Source: Eremomyces bilateralis CBS 781.70
Taxonomy: Eukaryota
Assembly (NCBI GenBank): GCA_010015585.1
Contig: ML975149.1
Reading direction: 5' to 3' (one strand)
Length of the DNA: 64,000 bases
Under the pieces are notes generated by a model. That model saw only the letters and a program-made list of their open reading frames with translations, made no database searches and was not told the DNA's origin. Made by a program: the position numbers and the translations under genes. Shown piece after piece: positions 49,767 to 62,429 of this stretch. Numbering within the stretch: the stretch's first letter is position 1; the number at the start of each line of letters is the position of its first letter.

Positions 49767-52700
49767 ATGGATCTCGACCGCGACTCCGATCGAAGCAGCT
49801 CACCGCTGTCTTCTCTCGCCTCCCGTTCTCCCTCGCCTCCACCCGACTATTCCTTTCACCATTATCTTTCGCCAATGTCGTCGCAACAGTCCTCAAATCG
49901 CGGTTCGCCAACTCCCCGCATCACCAACCCCACAACCACCGATGCCGAAGGCCCTCCACCTCCCAAACGAAGGCGCGTTGCTGGTCCAAAGATTCGTGAG
50001 ACTTTGCGATTGGACCTCAGCGTCACCCCAACTCCCGATGGCCAGGACAAACCGATTGAAGCTCTGATGAAACTCCTGCATGGCAAGAAGAAGGTCGTTG
50101 TAATTGCCGGTGCTGGAATCTCCGTCTCCGCTGGGAGTAAGAACCCATCCGAATTTGTGCCTCGTCTCGTCGAATCCTCGCTGATAGTGATTAGTTCCCG
50201 ATTTCCGATCCAAAGAAGGCCTTTTTCAGACTCTTAGGTCGGATTACAAGTTGAAATCCTCTGGCAAAGACTTGTTCGACGCCTCCGTCTACAGTCAGGA
50301 CTCCTCGACCTCCAGCTTCCACCACATGGTGCGAGAAATGTCAGCAAAGACCCGCGAAGCCCAACCGACACCCTTTCATCACCTTCTCGCCAGGCTCGCT
50401 CATGAGGGCCGCTTGCTGCGCCTGTACACCCAAAACGTGGACGGCATCGAGACCTCTATGGAGCCATTGCAGACTAGGGTCCCGCTTCAGAAGCCATGGC
50501 CCAAGACCGTCCAACTCCACGGAAGCCTCGAAAAAATGGTGTGCAGCAAATGCAAGACCCTTTCCGAATTTGACGGTTCTCTTTTCGATGGTCCGGAAGC
50601 GCCTCTGTGCAAGCAGTGCGAAACCGACGACTTCACCCGCACCAACTACGCTGGAAAGCGCTCGCATGGAATTGGCCGATTACGTCCCCGCATGGTCCTG
50701 TACAATGAACACAACCCGGACGAGGAGGCCATTGGCGAAGTATCGTCGGCCGATCTGCGCACGCGCCCCGATGCTCTGATAGTGGTTGGCACCACCCTCA
50801 AAGTCTATGGCATCCGAAAACTCGCGAAAGAGCTGGCAGGCGTTGTACGAGGTCGTCGTGACGGTCTCACGGTGTGGATTAACCATGGTCGGGAACCTAG
50901 TGGATACGGTCTCGAGAACTGCTGGGATATTATCGTCAAGGGTCCCTGCGATGAAGTTGCTCGCCTCGCTGCCATGCCGAAATGGAACGAGGATCCAACA
51001 TCGGATGAAACCCGCGCCCCGTCCGATAAATCCAGCCCATTCATGGGCGTTTTCCTCGGGAAATCGAAAGGCGCCAGCAGTATCCCTACACCAATTGCAA
51101 GCCCGAAGACCGAAGTCGCCATAGATTCGAATCTTGCTTCGCTGGACGAGAAGTCGGTGTCTTCTCTCCAACTAAACGGGGACAATGATGGTGCAGATGG
51201 AAAGACAATGAAACCGGAATCAACCTCCATTGTAGACATGCTGAAGTCTCAAAAGCCAAGCACAAAGGTCAATGTCGTGAAGAAAGGGGCTCCTAAGAAG
51301 AATACCCAGCCTAAGCGGGCGAAGCGGGCTGCGTCTGGCAAGAGCAAGAAAGAGAAAGCGACAGTGGGGAATAATAAAACACTCACAAATACCTTTAGCG
51401 TGTCGAAGAAATCCAAACAGCCCGCAAATGTCAAACCGGTCAAAAAGGAGAGTGCTGAGGTTGAACATGCCGTCATACCAGCGCCTGGCAACGACAGCAA
51501 AGAGGTAGCAACCTCTGTGCTCCAAAACGACGACAATGCACCCAGGCCGCGATCCCACATCGACCAAAACGACAACAATGCAGCCAAGCTGCGGTCTCAC
51601 ATCCCGGTCACTCACACCCCCTCGAAATTCACTTCATCCCTTCAACTTCCCGATCCCTTCGCCATCGAATCATCGCAATCCCGCTTGGAATCGCAAGAAA
51701 ATATTGGGCAGGCAGCGGCAATCATAAAGCCTGAGCAACATTCTCCCCATCCTGACTCGCCTTCCCAGAGTCTTCATACTTCGCTTAGCTCAATTCCCTT
51801 GAAGCGATCTGGCCCCAAAATTTCCAAGTCTGATGACGGTTCGGGCACCGATGGTTCGTCCAACAGGGACAGGATTGAACTTATCGATGGTAGTCGAGTG
51901 CCGGCCGAGGGCTCATTCATGAGTATATCGTATAGCGATGCTCGAATGCACCATATTCCCACCGGAGTAGACGCCGATGTCTATCCACTTGAGGCGCCAC
52001 CCAACCCGGATGATATCCCATTGGCGCAACTTTTCCCACCGAAGCGTATATCTTCAACGATCTAAGTCACTTAATTCATTTTAGCTGATGCCGGTACAGG
52101 TCTCCCTCGACGCGCCAACAAGCTGGGTCATTCAAAATTCATCCTTCTCCGGGGGAATCTACCCCGGATTGCAGCCTGTCGCCACCGCCTACTTGTCCTG
52201 GGGGGCCATCATGTCAAAACCGCGAATCCCCTTCATCTGAAGAAGCTCAGACTCTACAGAATGCCTCTGTGGCAGCTCAGGAAAGAGACCATCAAAGCGT
52301 TCAAAAGCCGCCCGCTTACTCTCGACGGGAGGGAGTTCGTACCGACCGATGAACCTAATGAATTCAGAGGCGTGATCAAGCGGAGCCTGCGAGCTTGGAT
52401 CCGGTATGTGACGGCGAAACATGGAACTTCATTAGAGAAGGCAGCAGCACGTGCTGGGCGGCAGCGGATCACCAATCGTCTATCCCCGCTGCACGTCACC
52501 TTCCAAGCAAGCTCTGCCATTCCGATGAAGAGCGAGATTTACACTGCTCGACATGGGAATGGAAAGGAGGTCAAGCGTCCTCAGCTGCCTCTTTTGACCA
52601 AGACAAGAGGACGTCTTACTACTCGCCCGCCTTATAGCCCTATCACTCCGATGCAGCACGAAGAGCTAGACAATCGCAAGAGGGAGGAGAGCCCTGGTGT

Positions 52701-52908
52701 GCAGAGGTCCACACGGATGAAGAAGAAGTCAGCTTCACCAGAAAGCGATTCTAGCCCTTCTAGCCCCATTCGTAAGGCGACTAGTGCTGGCACCAGCTCC
52801 ACGCGGATGCGGAGGATTAGCAATGAGGAGGTCATGCGGATCCCTGGCGTCCTCAATGAGGCGGATCCCAAGACAGTGAAATGGACTGTTGGGGCGATCG
52901 GACTTTAG
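49767..52908 (+). CDS. HST4: NAD-dependent deacetylase, Hst3/Hst4 sirtuin class; join(49767..50136,50195..52045,52100..52908), ~1009 aa (ends at 52065 if the last intron is retained)
   Basis: GAGISVSAGIPDFRS across intron 1, GKDLFDASVY, LYTQNVDG, VQLHG, CSKC...CKQC, GKRSHGIGRLRPRMVLYNE, VVGTTLKV; the third exon is less certain. Confidence 0.88.
51520..51603 (+). repeat. 42-bp coding duplication (LQNDDNAPRPRSHI / DQNDNNAAKLRSHI)
   Basis: Two adjacent 14-codon units sharing caaaacgac.acaatgca and cacatc. Confidence 0.8.
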
Positions 52909-53874
52909 AAGGGTGTTGATGGATACGGGTGTTCTTGGTTCTAAGGTTTCGCACTCCATGTCTCACGGATGCATTCGTCACACATACCTTTACCATGATC
53001 ACGATCGACACGAAAGGAGCAGAGTTAAGGCTTCCTCCTTGTCGTCATCGTCGCATTTTTATAATCTCCTTCCCTTCGATCCTGCACTATCACACGACAG
53101 GACTCGCAGGTCTACCCACGGTGGACCTTCCAAGTCTATCGAATATCCTGCATCAGCATTTTGGAGTGTTGTTGAGGAGCATATGGCGGCTACAGTGAGG
53201 GTTAGAGACTTTCAGGGAATTTGTGGCATTGCTGTGTTCTTCAGCACTTGCTTCAGCTATACTCAGTGGCAGTCCTATTTTGTGGAGGATTTGTCCATTC
53301 AGGAGCATTATACCCTTTACCGCTACCTGATGGTTTTGTTGTTGTCGCGACCACGGAGATGGCGGCACTTAATCCAATCTATTATTCATTGCAATGCTTC
53401 GTTTGGACTGATCGTTTCGTATGGATCTCTGATTTCATCAACCATTCGCTTGAGCCTGCATGAGCTGCAGCGCCTACCTGCAGGAGCGATCTCAACTGGT
53501 CCAACAGTACGCCACCCATTGGAAACAGAATGGCGGTAGCAGAATCTTCAGGGCCCCGTAAACTAGGGGCAGATCGAGCAAGACCGGCCAATAAAGCGAT
53601 GAATCTATCATAGTCTAAAGGAGCCCAAAATACGCCGGCATGGATGCTGACGCAACCCCTCCAACCCCAGATTCAGTCAATCTCCCCGACGTACAAGTAC
53701 TGAGAGCATCCAGCGACAATGCTAGCCTGACTCGCTCCTGTAAGTACGATAAACCAGTTGACCACTTCAAAAAGTTGCTCAATTAGCTGTGAGAGCCGGT
53801 CTCCGCCAACAAAGTACGATTCTCCCTAACGAAGCTCCCCTCCGGATTTGGCACCTCCTTGGCATCACCCCACC

Positions 53875-55296
53875 ATGGCCCCTCACATCACCATCCGCAA
53901 CTTGACCTCCGACTCCATAACCGTCGTCCTCCTCGAACGTTTCTCTCCCCCAGGCCATGACGACCCCGGCCACGTCAAGAAGTTGAGCAGCCTCACCCGC
54001 AATGTCACCGAGTTCGTCTCCAACGCCACCGGCCTTTCCTCCCTTGGTCCTCCATCCCGAAAACTCCCCGACAACGCCCAACCCTATGCCCGTCAAGATG
54101 TCGACCTCCCCTTGGACTCCTTTGCGGCACGAAGCACGGATCTAGCGCCAACAGACCGGTCGGCAGACGACATCGCCCGCCTCACGGTTTCCGTCGACAA
54201 CCAGCGCTACCGCATCGACGTGCCTGGGCCGCAACCCAAATATGGCAGCCAGACCTTCACCCCCTTGGACCAAAGCCCCCGACGGGAGCTGACGGGCATC
54301 TGGCTCTCGGGCTCCTCCACCCTGGCGGTATACTCCTCCGCCCATCTCGACAGCTGGATGCGTGAACTGCCCGACCACCTCCCCTTATCCGCGCTCTCCA
54401 TTCCCGGCACACACAATAGTCCGACCTGTCATTCCGCGCTTCCCTCGGTCCGCTGCCAGGCCGTCTCCCCACGCGAGCAGCTTCTCAACGGTGTGCGATT
54501 CTTCGACGTCCGCGTGCAGCCCGAGGAGCCGGAGAACCCGAACCACGACGGCCTGGTCCTCGTGCACGGCGTGTTCCCCATCAGCTTGACGGGGAAAAAG
54601 CACTTCCGGGACCTCATGAACGAGAGCTTGGAGTTCCTGGACCAGCACCCCAGCGAGACGCTCATCATGTCGATCAAGCGCGAGGGACCCGGCACGCACA
54701 ACGATGCGCAGCTGGCGGAGAAGTTGGCGAGGCATTATGCCGGGGACGAGGGGAAGTGGTTCACGCAACCGAGGGTCCCAACGCTGGGGGAGGCCCGGGG
54801 TAAGATCGTCCTGTTCCGCCGGTTTGGACTGTCCGATGAATTGAGACAACGGAACGATGGACGCGGGTGGGGAGGCCTGAATGCGGAGAACTGGGCATAC
54901 AATACCCAGGACTGTGAGACCGGCGATGTGCGCGTGCAGGATTTCTGCGAGGTGCTAGATACCGTGAATATTGATGATAAGATCAAATATGTGACCGAGC
55001 ATCTGGCACGGGCAGGCGGCGTGACATGGCCAACGGAAGGCGATACCGGGAAAGTGTTTGTGAACTTTTTGACCGCTAGCAATTTCTGGAGTCCCGGTTG
55101 CTGGCCGGATAAGATTGCTGCGAAGCTTAATCCGGCCGCAATAGATTTTTTGGCAGGCAAGCAGCAGCATGGGGATCAGGGTGATTGGGGTACTGGGATC
55201 GTGGTCATGGATTGGGTTGGAGATGAAGGCGACTGGGACTTGGTCAGGGCAGTAGTGGGTATGAATGCGAGGATTATGAAGAGGACAAGACGATGA
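53875..55296 (+). CDS. 1-phosphatidylinositol phosphodiesterase (bacterial-type PI-PLC X domain), intronless
   Basis: WMRELPD..PLSALSIPGTHNS (catalytic His), QLLNGVRFFDVR, LVHG (second His), PSETLIMSIKRE, PTLGEARGKIVLFRRF, GIVVMDW. Confidence 0.93.
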   Translation: MAPHITIRNLTSDSITVVLLERFSPPGHDDPGHVKKLSSLTRNVTEFVSNATGLSSLGPPSRKLPDNAQPYARQDVDLPLDSFAARSTDLAPTDRSADDIARLTVSVDNQRYRIDVPGPQPKYGSQTFTPLDQSPRRELTGIWLSGSSTLAVYSSAHLDSWMRELPDHLPLSALSIPGTHNSPTCHSALPSVRCQAVSPREQLLNGVRFFDVRVQPEEPENPNHDGLVLVHGVFPISLTGKKHFRDLMNESLEFLDQHPSETLIMSIKREGPGTHNDAQLAEKLARHYAGDEGKWFTQPRVPTLGEARGKIVLFRRFGLSDELRQRNDGRGWGGLNAENWAYNTQDCETGDVRVQDFCEVLDTVNIDDKIKYVTEHLARAGGVTWPTEGDTGKVFVNFLTASNFWSPGCWPDKIAAKLNPAAIDFLAGKQQHGDQGDWGTGIVVMDWVGDEGDWDLVRAVVGMNARIMKRTRR

Positions 55297-55428
55297 TCTA
55301 AGAATGAGTTTGCTGGTAGGAAAGCGTCAATTCCATCTTGGATGTTGATCGTAACGACATAGCCAAGATGCACAAAAGCCTCGGAAATGATACCGTATTT
55401 CTTGCCACGACGTTCCCACTCTGCCCGA

Positions 55429-57439
55429 TTATAACTTCCTCGACTTGACCAACCCTCTCTTGATACCCGTCAACTCTCCACCGTAACCGCCTCGTGCTTC
55501 TCCGCTTGTAAACACCGATTTAATACTCTTCAACTTCTTCTGCCTCTCCTCATACTTCTTCCGCTTCTTCACACGCGGATTTCGCACGTCCTTCTTCCTC
55601 TTCGGCGCCAACCCCTTATTCTTCTCAATCTGATACGTGATCTTCCGCTTGCCATCCGGGCCGACGACCTCGACCGGTACCACCTGCGCGTTCAGTTTGT
55701 CTGCCTTCACCTGCATCGCCGCCATGGCTTTGTCATCCTTCTTCTTCTTGTTGCGGTTGGCAATGTAGTCGTAGTAGTCGTCCTCATCATCAATTGCCGA
55801 CCTGGATGCTTCGGCCTCGTCTTCACTGCCACTTTCCGCGCCCAGCACCTCTTTGCCTTCTGCCTTCTTCTTTCCGCGCGTCTCAGCCTCCTTGTTCAAC
55901 CGTTCCACGCGATCTCGCCAGCGCTCTCTGTATGGCAAATCGTCGTCACCTTGTCCTTGTCCAGCCCGGTCCTTCTTCAGTTCCCGTTGAGCTATCTGTG
56001 AGGTATAGAACCGGAGACTCTTCCTCTTGCGGGCCTTTTCTTTCGCCTCCGCTTCGGTCAGCGGTGCGGGCTCGCCGATGTCGTCATCGGATTCGATATC
56101 GTATCCATCCTTTTGAGTAGAAGCCACAGGGATAAGGGGATTTTGGGAGGCCGATGCTAGGAACTTGTTCATCTCTGCGATGCGCGCTTGTGTGCGCCGG
56201 GTTGCCTCGGCTGCTTGTTCGTCGATGACACGCTTCTTTGGCTTCCCGTCTCGCTTCTCCGTTCCTCGAGATTCCGCATCTTCCAGTTCACTCAGAAGCT
56301 GTCCGTTCGGAATACTTGGAGACACTAGGGGGGATGAAGAATGATCGGACAGGTACTCCGTTGCCATGTCACCAACAGCTGGACTCGAAGGAATAGACAC
56401 TTCCATCTCCTTGACTTTGAGCCAGAGGTCTCTGCATCGCATCAGCATGTCCATGATGCCATGCTCTCGCATCTCTACAGGGGACCTCGCCAGCGCAGCA
56501 TCCTCTTTCGCAGCAGGAGATGTGAGGATCACGAAATACATCGTCAATGCCGCCAGATATGAATCAGCCGTCCGGAATGCCGTGACTGCGAATGGCGTGT
56601 CATTCCGTTGTATATTCGATTTCGCTTTTTGCGCAGCTTTTGCCTCTGCAGCAAGCGTTGGGCGTATCCGACGGAGGTCGTTCCATTCTTGTGCCAGGTA
56701 TTCGAACTCGGGATATCGCGCTTTAAGCAGCTTCAGTCTCTCGGTCGGGCCCATGTCGTCCGTTACGGTAATGTCGGGCAAAACTTCCGTGACCACTCCC
56801 GCACCGAGAACCGCCTTCTCTTCTTTGCCAGCAAGCTTCCAGGTAGACTCGTCGAAACCATAGTCTGCATCGTCCAATGCTTCGAGATGTTTCTTTTGCA
56901 ATCGAAGGGCTTCGGCCTCTTCGTCGAGCGCATCTTGTTCGGTCTCGATGACATCGGCGTCGTAGTAACTCTCCTTATTCTTGCCCCAGTGGTGGAGATC
57001 TTCCCCGTCCTCATCATCCTCTGGCGTGTCCCTGAGTCCGTCGCGGAGACCAGGTTTCGATGTGTAATTGCCATTTCGAGGCTCAAGCATGCCCTCTTCC
57101 CCTTCGTCGTCGTATTCGTCAACATCGGAGGATTCGTCATCGTAGGCTAAAACTTCTTCATCGGACGCTTGGAGGAACTCATCTGCTACTGTCAGCAAAT
57201 CCGTTCTACAGATACTTCCCATGGGATAATGACCAACCTTCTTCTGCAAGCCGTCTCCTCCGCTTTGCCTGCGGACCTTCGTCTAGCAGAACCTTGTCTT
57301 GATTCAAGTGGAACTCATCCTCCGAGTCCGCAACATCTTCGTAGGAATTGATACGAAGCTTCGATTGACTTGGGTCAATCTCGTCGAATGACTTTGGCTG
57401 TGCTGGAGCACGACCCGAAGCCTTTCGCTTTTTAGCCAT
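55429..57439 (-). CDS. SAS10: SSU processome subunit Sas10/Utp3, 651 aa; complement(join(55429..57182,57238..57439))
   Basis: INSYEDVADSEDEF, WG..K..YYDAD, RYPEF, SLRFYTSQI, GDDDLPYRER, KRKITYQIEKNKGLAPKRKKDVRNPRVKKRKKY, YGGELTGIK. Confidence 0.96.
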
Positions 57440-57829
57440 GGCGGGTTCCTTGATGCAGTCAAAAATGGGAGCCCAGGATCCCAAATTTGTGCAGGTATGG
57501 AGTAGGTTGATATTTGATAGAATTGCGTTGGAGCGGCGGCGATGGAAAAGTGCGGCGAAATTTGTGAAGTCCCCGCAACATCCAATAACCAATTCTTGCT
57601 CTAACGGTTCTGGTTTTAGCGCCAACCAAGATAGCGAATTATTAGATTTATTACATGTGGTGGTCGAAGTGGATTGCAGGTCAGGACTTGCCGAATCGGA
57701 CTCAAGGACTCAGGGAGGAGTAATATTCAGGTTTAACGGTCTGGTCACTGCGTTGGAATGCTGATGGAAGGATCTCTCCGCTGCTGACCGATTCCTTCAT
57801 GTTTCTTACTTCATCGTATTCTGCTCGAC

Positions 57830-58974
57830 ATGGCCTTTGAAGTTTCCATTCAGGTACTTGTTTTTGTGACCCTCCTTACCATCGCGGCATACATAGGCAT
57901 GGGTTGGTTCTCAAGGAAATCCCATTTCCAAGTCAACGGACAGGTACGGTACCTTCCCTTTGGTTTAGTCTGAGAGTCTAATATTGATAACATCCGATAT
58001 AGACCGTGCTGATAACAGGCGCATCCCAAGGACTAGGAGAAGCCATCGGCTATCTACTTGCTTCCAAGGGTGCGAATGTGATCATCGTCGCGCGCGATGT
58101 CTCCAAACTCCAGAAAGCCCTCGAGTTCATCCGCTCCGGCGCGAAATCCCCTTCCCAACGATTCGAATACTTAAGTGCCGACGTGACTTCCGAGGACGAA
58201 AACAACAAGCTCCTGGCCAAAGCGACGGAATGGAACAATGGAAATCCGCCCGACATCATCTGGGCATGTGCCGGCGTGTCGCATCCGGGGTTGTTCATGG
58301 ATATCTCGACCAAGACCTTGCGGGACCAAATGGACATCAATTACTGGGCCGCGACGTACCTCCTTCATGGCGCGCTGAAAATTTGGCTGGGGCCCCTCCT
58401 CGATGGCTCCTCAAGCGCTACAACTACCTCCCGGTCACCGTCGTCCCCGGCCGGCAAGAAAAAGCCGCGTCACTTCATCCTCACCTCCTCCGTCCTCGCA
58501 TACTGCGGCATCGCGGGATACTCTCCATATTCCCCCGCGAAAGCCGCCCTCCGCTCGCTATGCGATACCTTGCGGCAAGAACTGCAGCTCTACACCGGCG
58601 CATACTCTTCGCACCCTGATTTCCGACCCGTCGACATCCGCATGACCACGCCGGCGAACATCCTTTCCCCCGGCTTCGAAAATGAGAACAAGGTGAAGCA
58701 CCCGGTCACGAAGATGTTGGAGGAAGGCGATCCGGCGCAGACGCCGAAGGTCGTGGCACAGGCATTGGTAGAGGGTCTGGAGAACGGGGAGTATATGCCG
58801 ACGACAACATTGCTGAGCTGGGCCATGAAGGCGGGGAGCCTGAATGGGAGTCCGAGGATGTTAGGGGACGTGTTACTGAGCGGGCTTGCCGGGTGGATCT
58901 ACTACTTCGTTGGACCGGACATGGAGGACAAGGTTCGGAAGTTTGGCCAGCAGAGAGGCGTACGGGTCTCATGA
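57830..58974 (+). CDS. TSC10: 3-ketodihydrosphingosine reductase (SDR); join(57830..57943,58003..58974)
   Basis: N-terminal hydrophobic anchor, TVLITGASQGLG, PDIIWACAG, MDINYW, GYSPYSPAKAALRSL.DTLRQE, SPGFENENKVK. Confidence 0.93.
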
Positions 58975-59262
58975 GTACTTGCGCTTGATGAAACAGCGAG
59001 GAATGTTGGCGTAATTGTAATGTGGTCTGTTGTAGTACATACTAGCCTATGGTTATATTACATCGGTCATCGTACTAAGGAGACATTCTATATACCCTCA
59101 AGTTTAGACATTATTCCCCAACGATCCCATCCAGTAGTCACTGACTGACTCCCCAAGGTATTTCAAACATAACCAATCCTTCCTTGCGTACGCCACTACC
59201 AATGTTCCCATGCGCTATCCATCAACGCGCGACGCCCCAAACCATTTTCTTCCGTCTTCCCA

Positions 59263-59811
59263 CTAAATGACCATCGCAGCCATTAGTCCCAAACCGGCAG
59301 CAGCATACCCAACCGCAGCGGTGGGCAAGGCTGCCATTCCGGAGCTGCTCGAAGGGCTTCCGGAACCTTGTTCGAAGCCACTCTCCGACGCACCACCTGA
59401 CGCACCACCTGACGCACCGCTCTTCGAAGTGGTCGTCGAAGGTTCGACCACACTGGTGATGTCCGAGCCGACGCTCACAACGGCGGTGGTATTCGCGAGC
59501 GTGACGGTATTCAAGCCCTCCGTGAGACCCGCTGGGATAGATGCGAGGATGGGTTGGGACGTGATGAGACTGGGGAGTTCGGTGACGGCAGTTGGCAGAG
59601 AGGGAAGGGCGGGGATGGACGGCATGCCAGTGATGACTCCAAGGGAGTCGGTCATGCTGGTGTAGATAGTGAATGGATTATCAACGGGAGTGGTGGTGCC
59701 AGGGTCGGTGGGGTCCGCCACAACCGAGGAGTCCGCTTGCGGTTGTGGGAGTGCGGACGTGAGGGCAGTGAGAAGGGTAAGGAGAAGGGTGGTGGAGGTA
59801 GGAAGCTGCAT
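59263..59811 (-). CDS. Small secreted Ser/Thr/Pro-rich, probably GPI-anchored surface protein, 182 aa
   Basis: Signal peptide MQLPTSTTLLLTLLTALTSA, Thr/Ser-rich body, small-residue omega region (SSSGMAA) and hydrophobic C-terminus AAVGYAAAGLGLMAAMVI. Confidence 0.85.
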   Translation of the reverse strand: MQLPTSTTLLLTLLTALTSALPQPQADSSVVADPTDPGTTTPVDNPFTIYTSMTDSLGVITGMPSIPALPSLPTAVTELPSLITSQPILASIPAGLTEGLNTVTLANTTAVVSVGSDITSVVEPSTTTSKSGASGGASGGASESGFEQGSGSPSSSSGMAALPTAAVGYAAAGLGLMAAMVI

Positions 59812-59993
59812 TGTAAAGATTTGATGGGAGGATGATGTGGGAAGAGTAGTAGGTTGTCAAAGATTCTGATGTTCTGTTACACCCGAAGTTGGACAGTCAA
59901 CTCAAGTGTTGTTTGAGTCGGACAACTGGTAAGAACTGAAGGTCTGATGTTGGATAGGAGGTGTGGAATCGAAAGATACACAAACAATACGCT

Positions 59994-60057
59994 GTATGAT
60001 GATTGATGACTGTGTATGATGACGGTGTATGATGACGGTGTATGATGACTGTATGAT
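59994..60057. repeat. 13-bp tandem repeat (GTGTATGATGACG)x3 with degenerate flanking units
   Basis: gtgtatgatgacg gtgtatgatgacg gtgtatgatgact at 60012-60050. Confidence 0.85.
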
Positions 60058-61448
60058 CTGAAATTCGAATTGCTCCAGAATGTGATTTTGAGAAGAAGGA
60101 TTGAAAGACTCGCGATCAACGTTGCTTTTAATTTAACTTCATGTTGACAGGACCGGACAGGGAGGACGCTGTAACAGTACCTAGTTTGTGCCACCCCCGT
60201 GGCTGGTGCCCTGCCAACCCAGCCACTTCCCCAGCTGCCCAGCAACCACCCAACGCAACCCAACCACGCGGCACAGACGGCTTATTTGATCTATCACCCA
60301 TGGAAATGATGGAACACAAGAGCATCTACCGGAAATTACTGCATGAGTAATTCTCGTGATGATGGCGTCGTGAGCTATCAACCCGCCTCTCACGCGAAGG
60401 TCTTGCAAGGAAACCGTAGAGGCGAAGACACGGTTCCGAACGCCACTTGACTGACCTGCTGGCAGAAAACCCACCGCCGAATTGGACCACGAGCCCAGAC
60501 GACCGAATATGGGATCCGCTCTCACATTATAGAGGCGACTGCGAGCTTTGGATTGTTAACGAGAGCAAAACGTTTAAGGAGCATTGACTGGGCTCCGTAA
60601 TAGCCCAAGAGCAAGATCAATCCCCTCTCACCTCTCACACCAGCTTTGCCCTCCTTTGGCTTCATAAATTTGGTATGAACCAAGATGATCGATACTGATT
60701 TCGAGTTGACCTCAACGGTACCTTGAAGACGGCATAGCTCCGACCCAAAACCGCGACAGAACTGTAATGAGAGAACCAAGAAATCGGATCATGACCGACG
60801 TACTAAGTATCAATACGGTGACGGGGCCGTTGGTCCTGGAGCACCGGAACGGGAAATGGAAATAGATATGATTCAGTCCAAGAAGCGAAAGGGACGGTAT
60901 TGGTATCTAAAGATGGGTATTGTAATGAAATGAGATTTGGACAATGTCTATAGAGTACACAAGGGCCAAGGACAGAACTGCAATAAGAAAGCGCAAAGAT
61001 CGCCATTCATTCAGGAGCCTTTTAACATTGATTGATATGGGTTAGTAATATTCGAATAGTTATTGAAAAGGACTCCGGTACTCTGGAAAGAACCTCCAAG
61101 AAATGAGCTGGATATCTGATGAAGATTGGAGACTGAAGAATATTGGAGTTGACATCAACTGGACTGGAGACCCCCCACGCTTTGTAGCCTTGCGGTCTCG
61201 CTCCGACATTCCCGTCATTCCGTCCTTCCCCCCACTCACGCCCACACTCTGCTACTCCCATGCAACAGCCAGCATCAGATGGCTCATCAATTCATCGAGA
61301 TGTTCATCCTGAATTCGTAATAATAGCTTGGCCTCTAACACGGAATATTCCGTACTTACATACCCGACCCGTCGGATCTAGAACCAGGGCCGCCTCGCGG
61401 GTTAGGCAGAGAGACTGCATCCCCCATTCTCTCGTTCCAGCGCCCCAG

Positions 61449-62429
61449 CGATAAGGCTTTCTCGTTCCACCTACTAGTAACCGCGACTGGATCAGGACCT
61501 TGCAAATGTGGCTGGATCACAGGAGCCATTGGGTCATCAGGATTGGCTCATGGTTGGCCCGCGATAAGCTCCCTTGTTGCCCCTGGTCGATCGTGAACTG
61601 ACGAATTGATGATCTGACGTCCTGCTTCTCCAACTATCCTGCATTCGTACAGTTCAGCAATACGATCAGATACTCTTATGGGGTAGCTCTTGTCTTGAAG
61701 CAAACAGGCAGCCCTTCTATTACTACATTACTAAAAGATCGATTGAGAAAAGATGGATTTAGGGCAAAATTGGGAGCCATCGATTCATCCTATTCCTCGT
61801 TTTACTTCTTGTTTCCGCCCAGAGCGCCTATCTTCACAGGACATGGAATCGCCGCCACAGCATGAACCCCCGCTGTGACCCCCATGTCCACTCACTTGAT
61901 TTCCCTATCGCCGGGTCTCTTCATCCGGTCATCGGTCATCCGTATCGACACTGCTGCCCCGTACACGGCACACTGATACGCAGTATTATCTACATCTTCC
62001 AAACATCAGTCCCCGCTCTCCCGACTGGAGAGTAGAGAGGTGCCTGTTCAGATCCACTACCACGTTCTGCTAGCCTGACTCCTCTGATTCTCCTTTCCTG
62101 GAGCTGCTGGCTGGTATCCTCCAGGAATTATTGCCTCGCTCCCAAGAATTGCGATCCATCTCTATCCCTTCACCTGGTTGCGCATCTCTACCATTTCCCT
62201 TTCGTCATGCTGTTGTGACCACCGCCCAACGAGTAGCGACCAATTCCTTCGTTGTCTGCCCAGATTTGGACGAGATTGAGGTGATCACATCCCTCGTACC
62301 TGTACGTACCAATGCGCCGCAACCCATTACCCTACTCTCAATATCTATACGCACCTCCACGCACTTTTTTGGTCTCTAATTCACTGCTCGATCCTATTCT
62401 CCCTTTGAATGCGACCTTTCCTGCGATAA
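61449..62429. promoter_or_regulatory. Cluster of HGATAR (AreA/Nit2-type) sites upstream of the ammonium transporter
   Basis: CGATAA at 61449, 61562, 62424; CTATCT 61828; CTATCG 61905; TTATCT 61986. Confidence 0.45.

Noticed and set aside
55429..55440. SAS10 C-terminal RKL as a possible PTS1
   Set aside because: Not the canonical S/A/C-K/R/H-L signal, and it is the normal basic end of nucleolar Sas10
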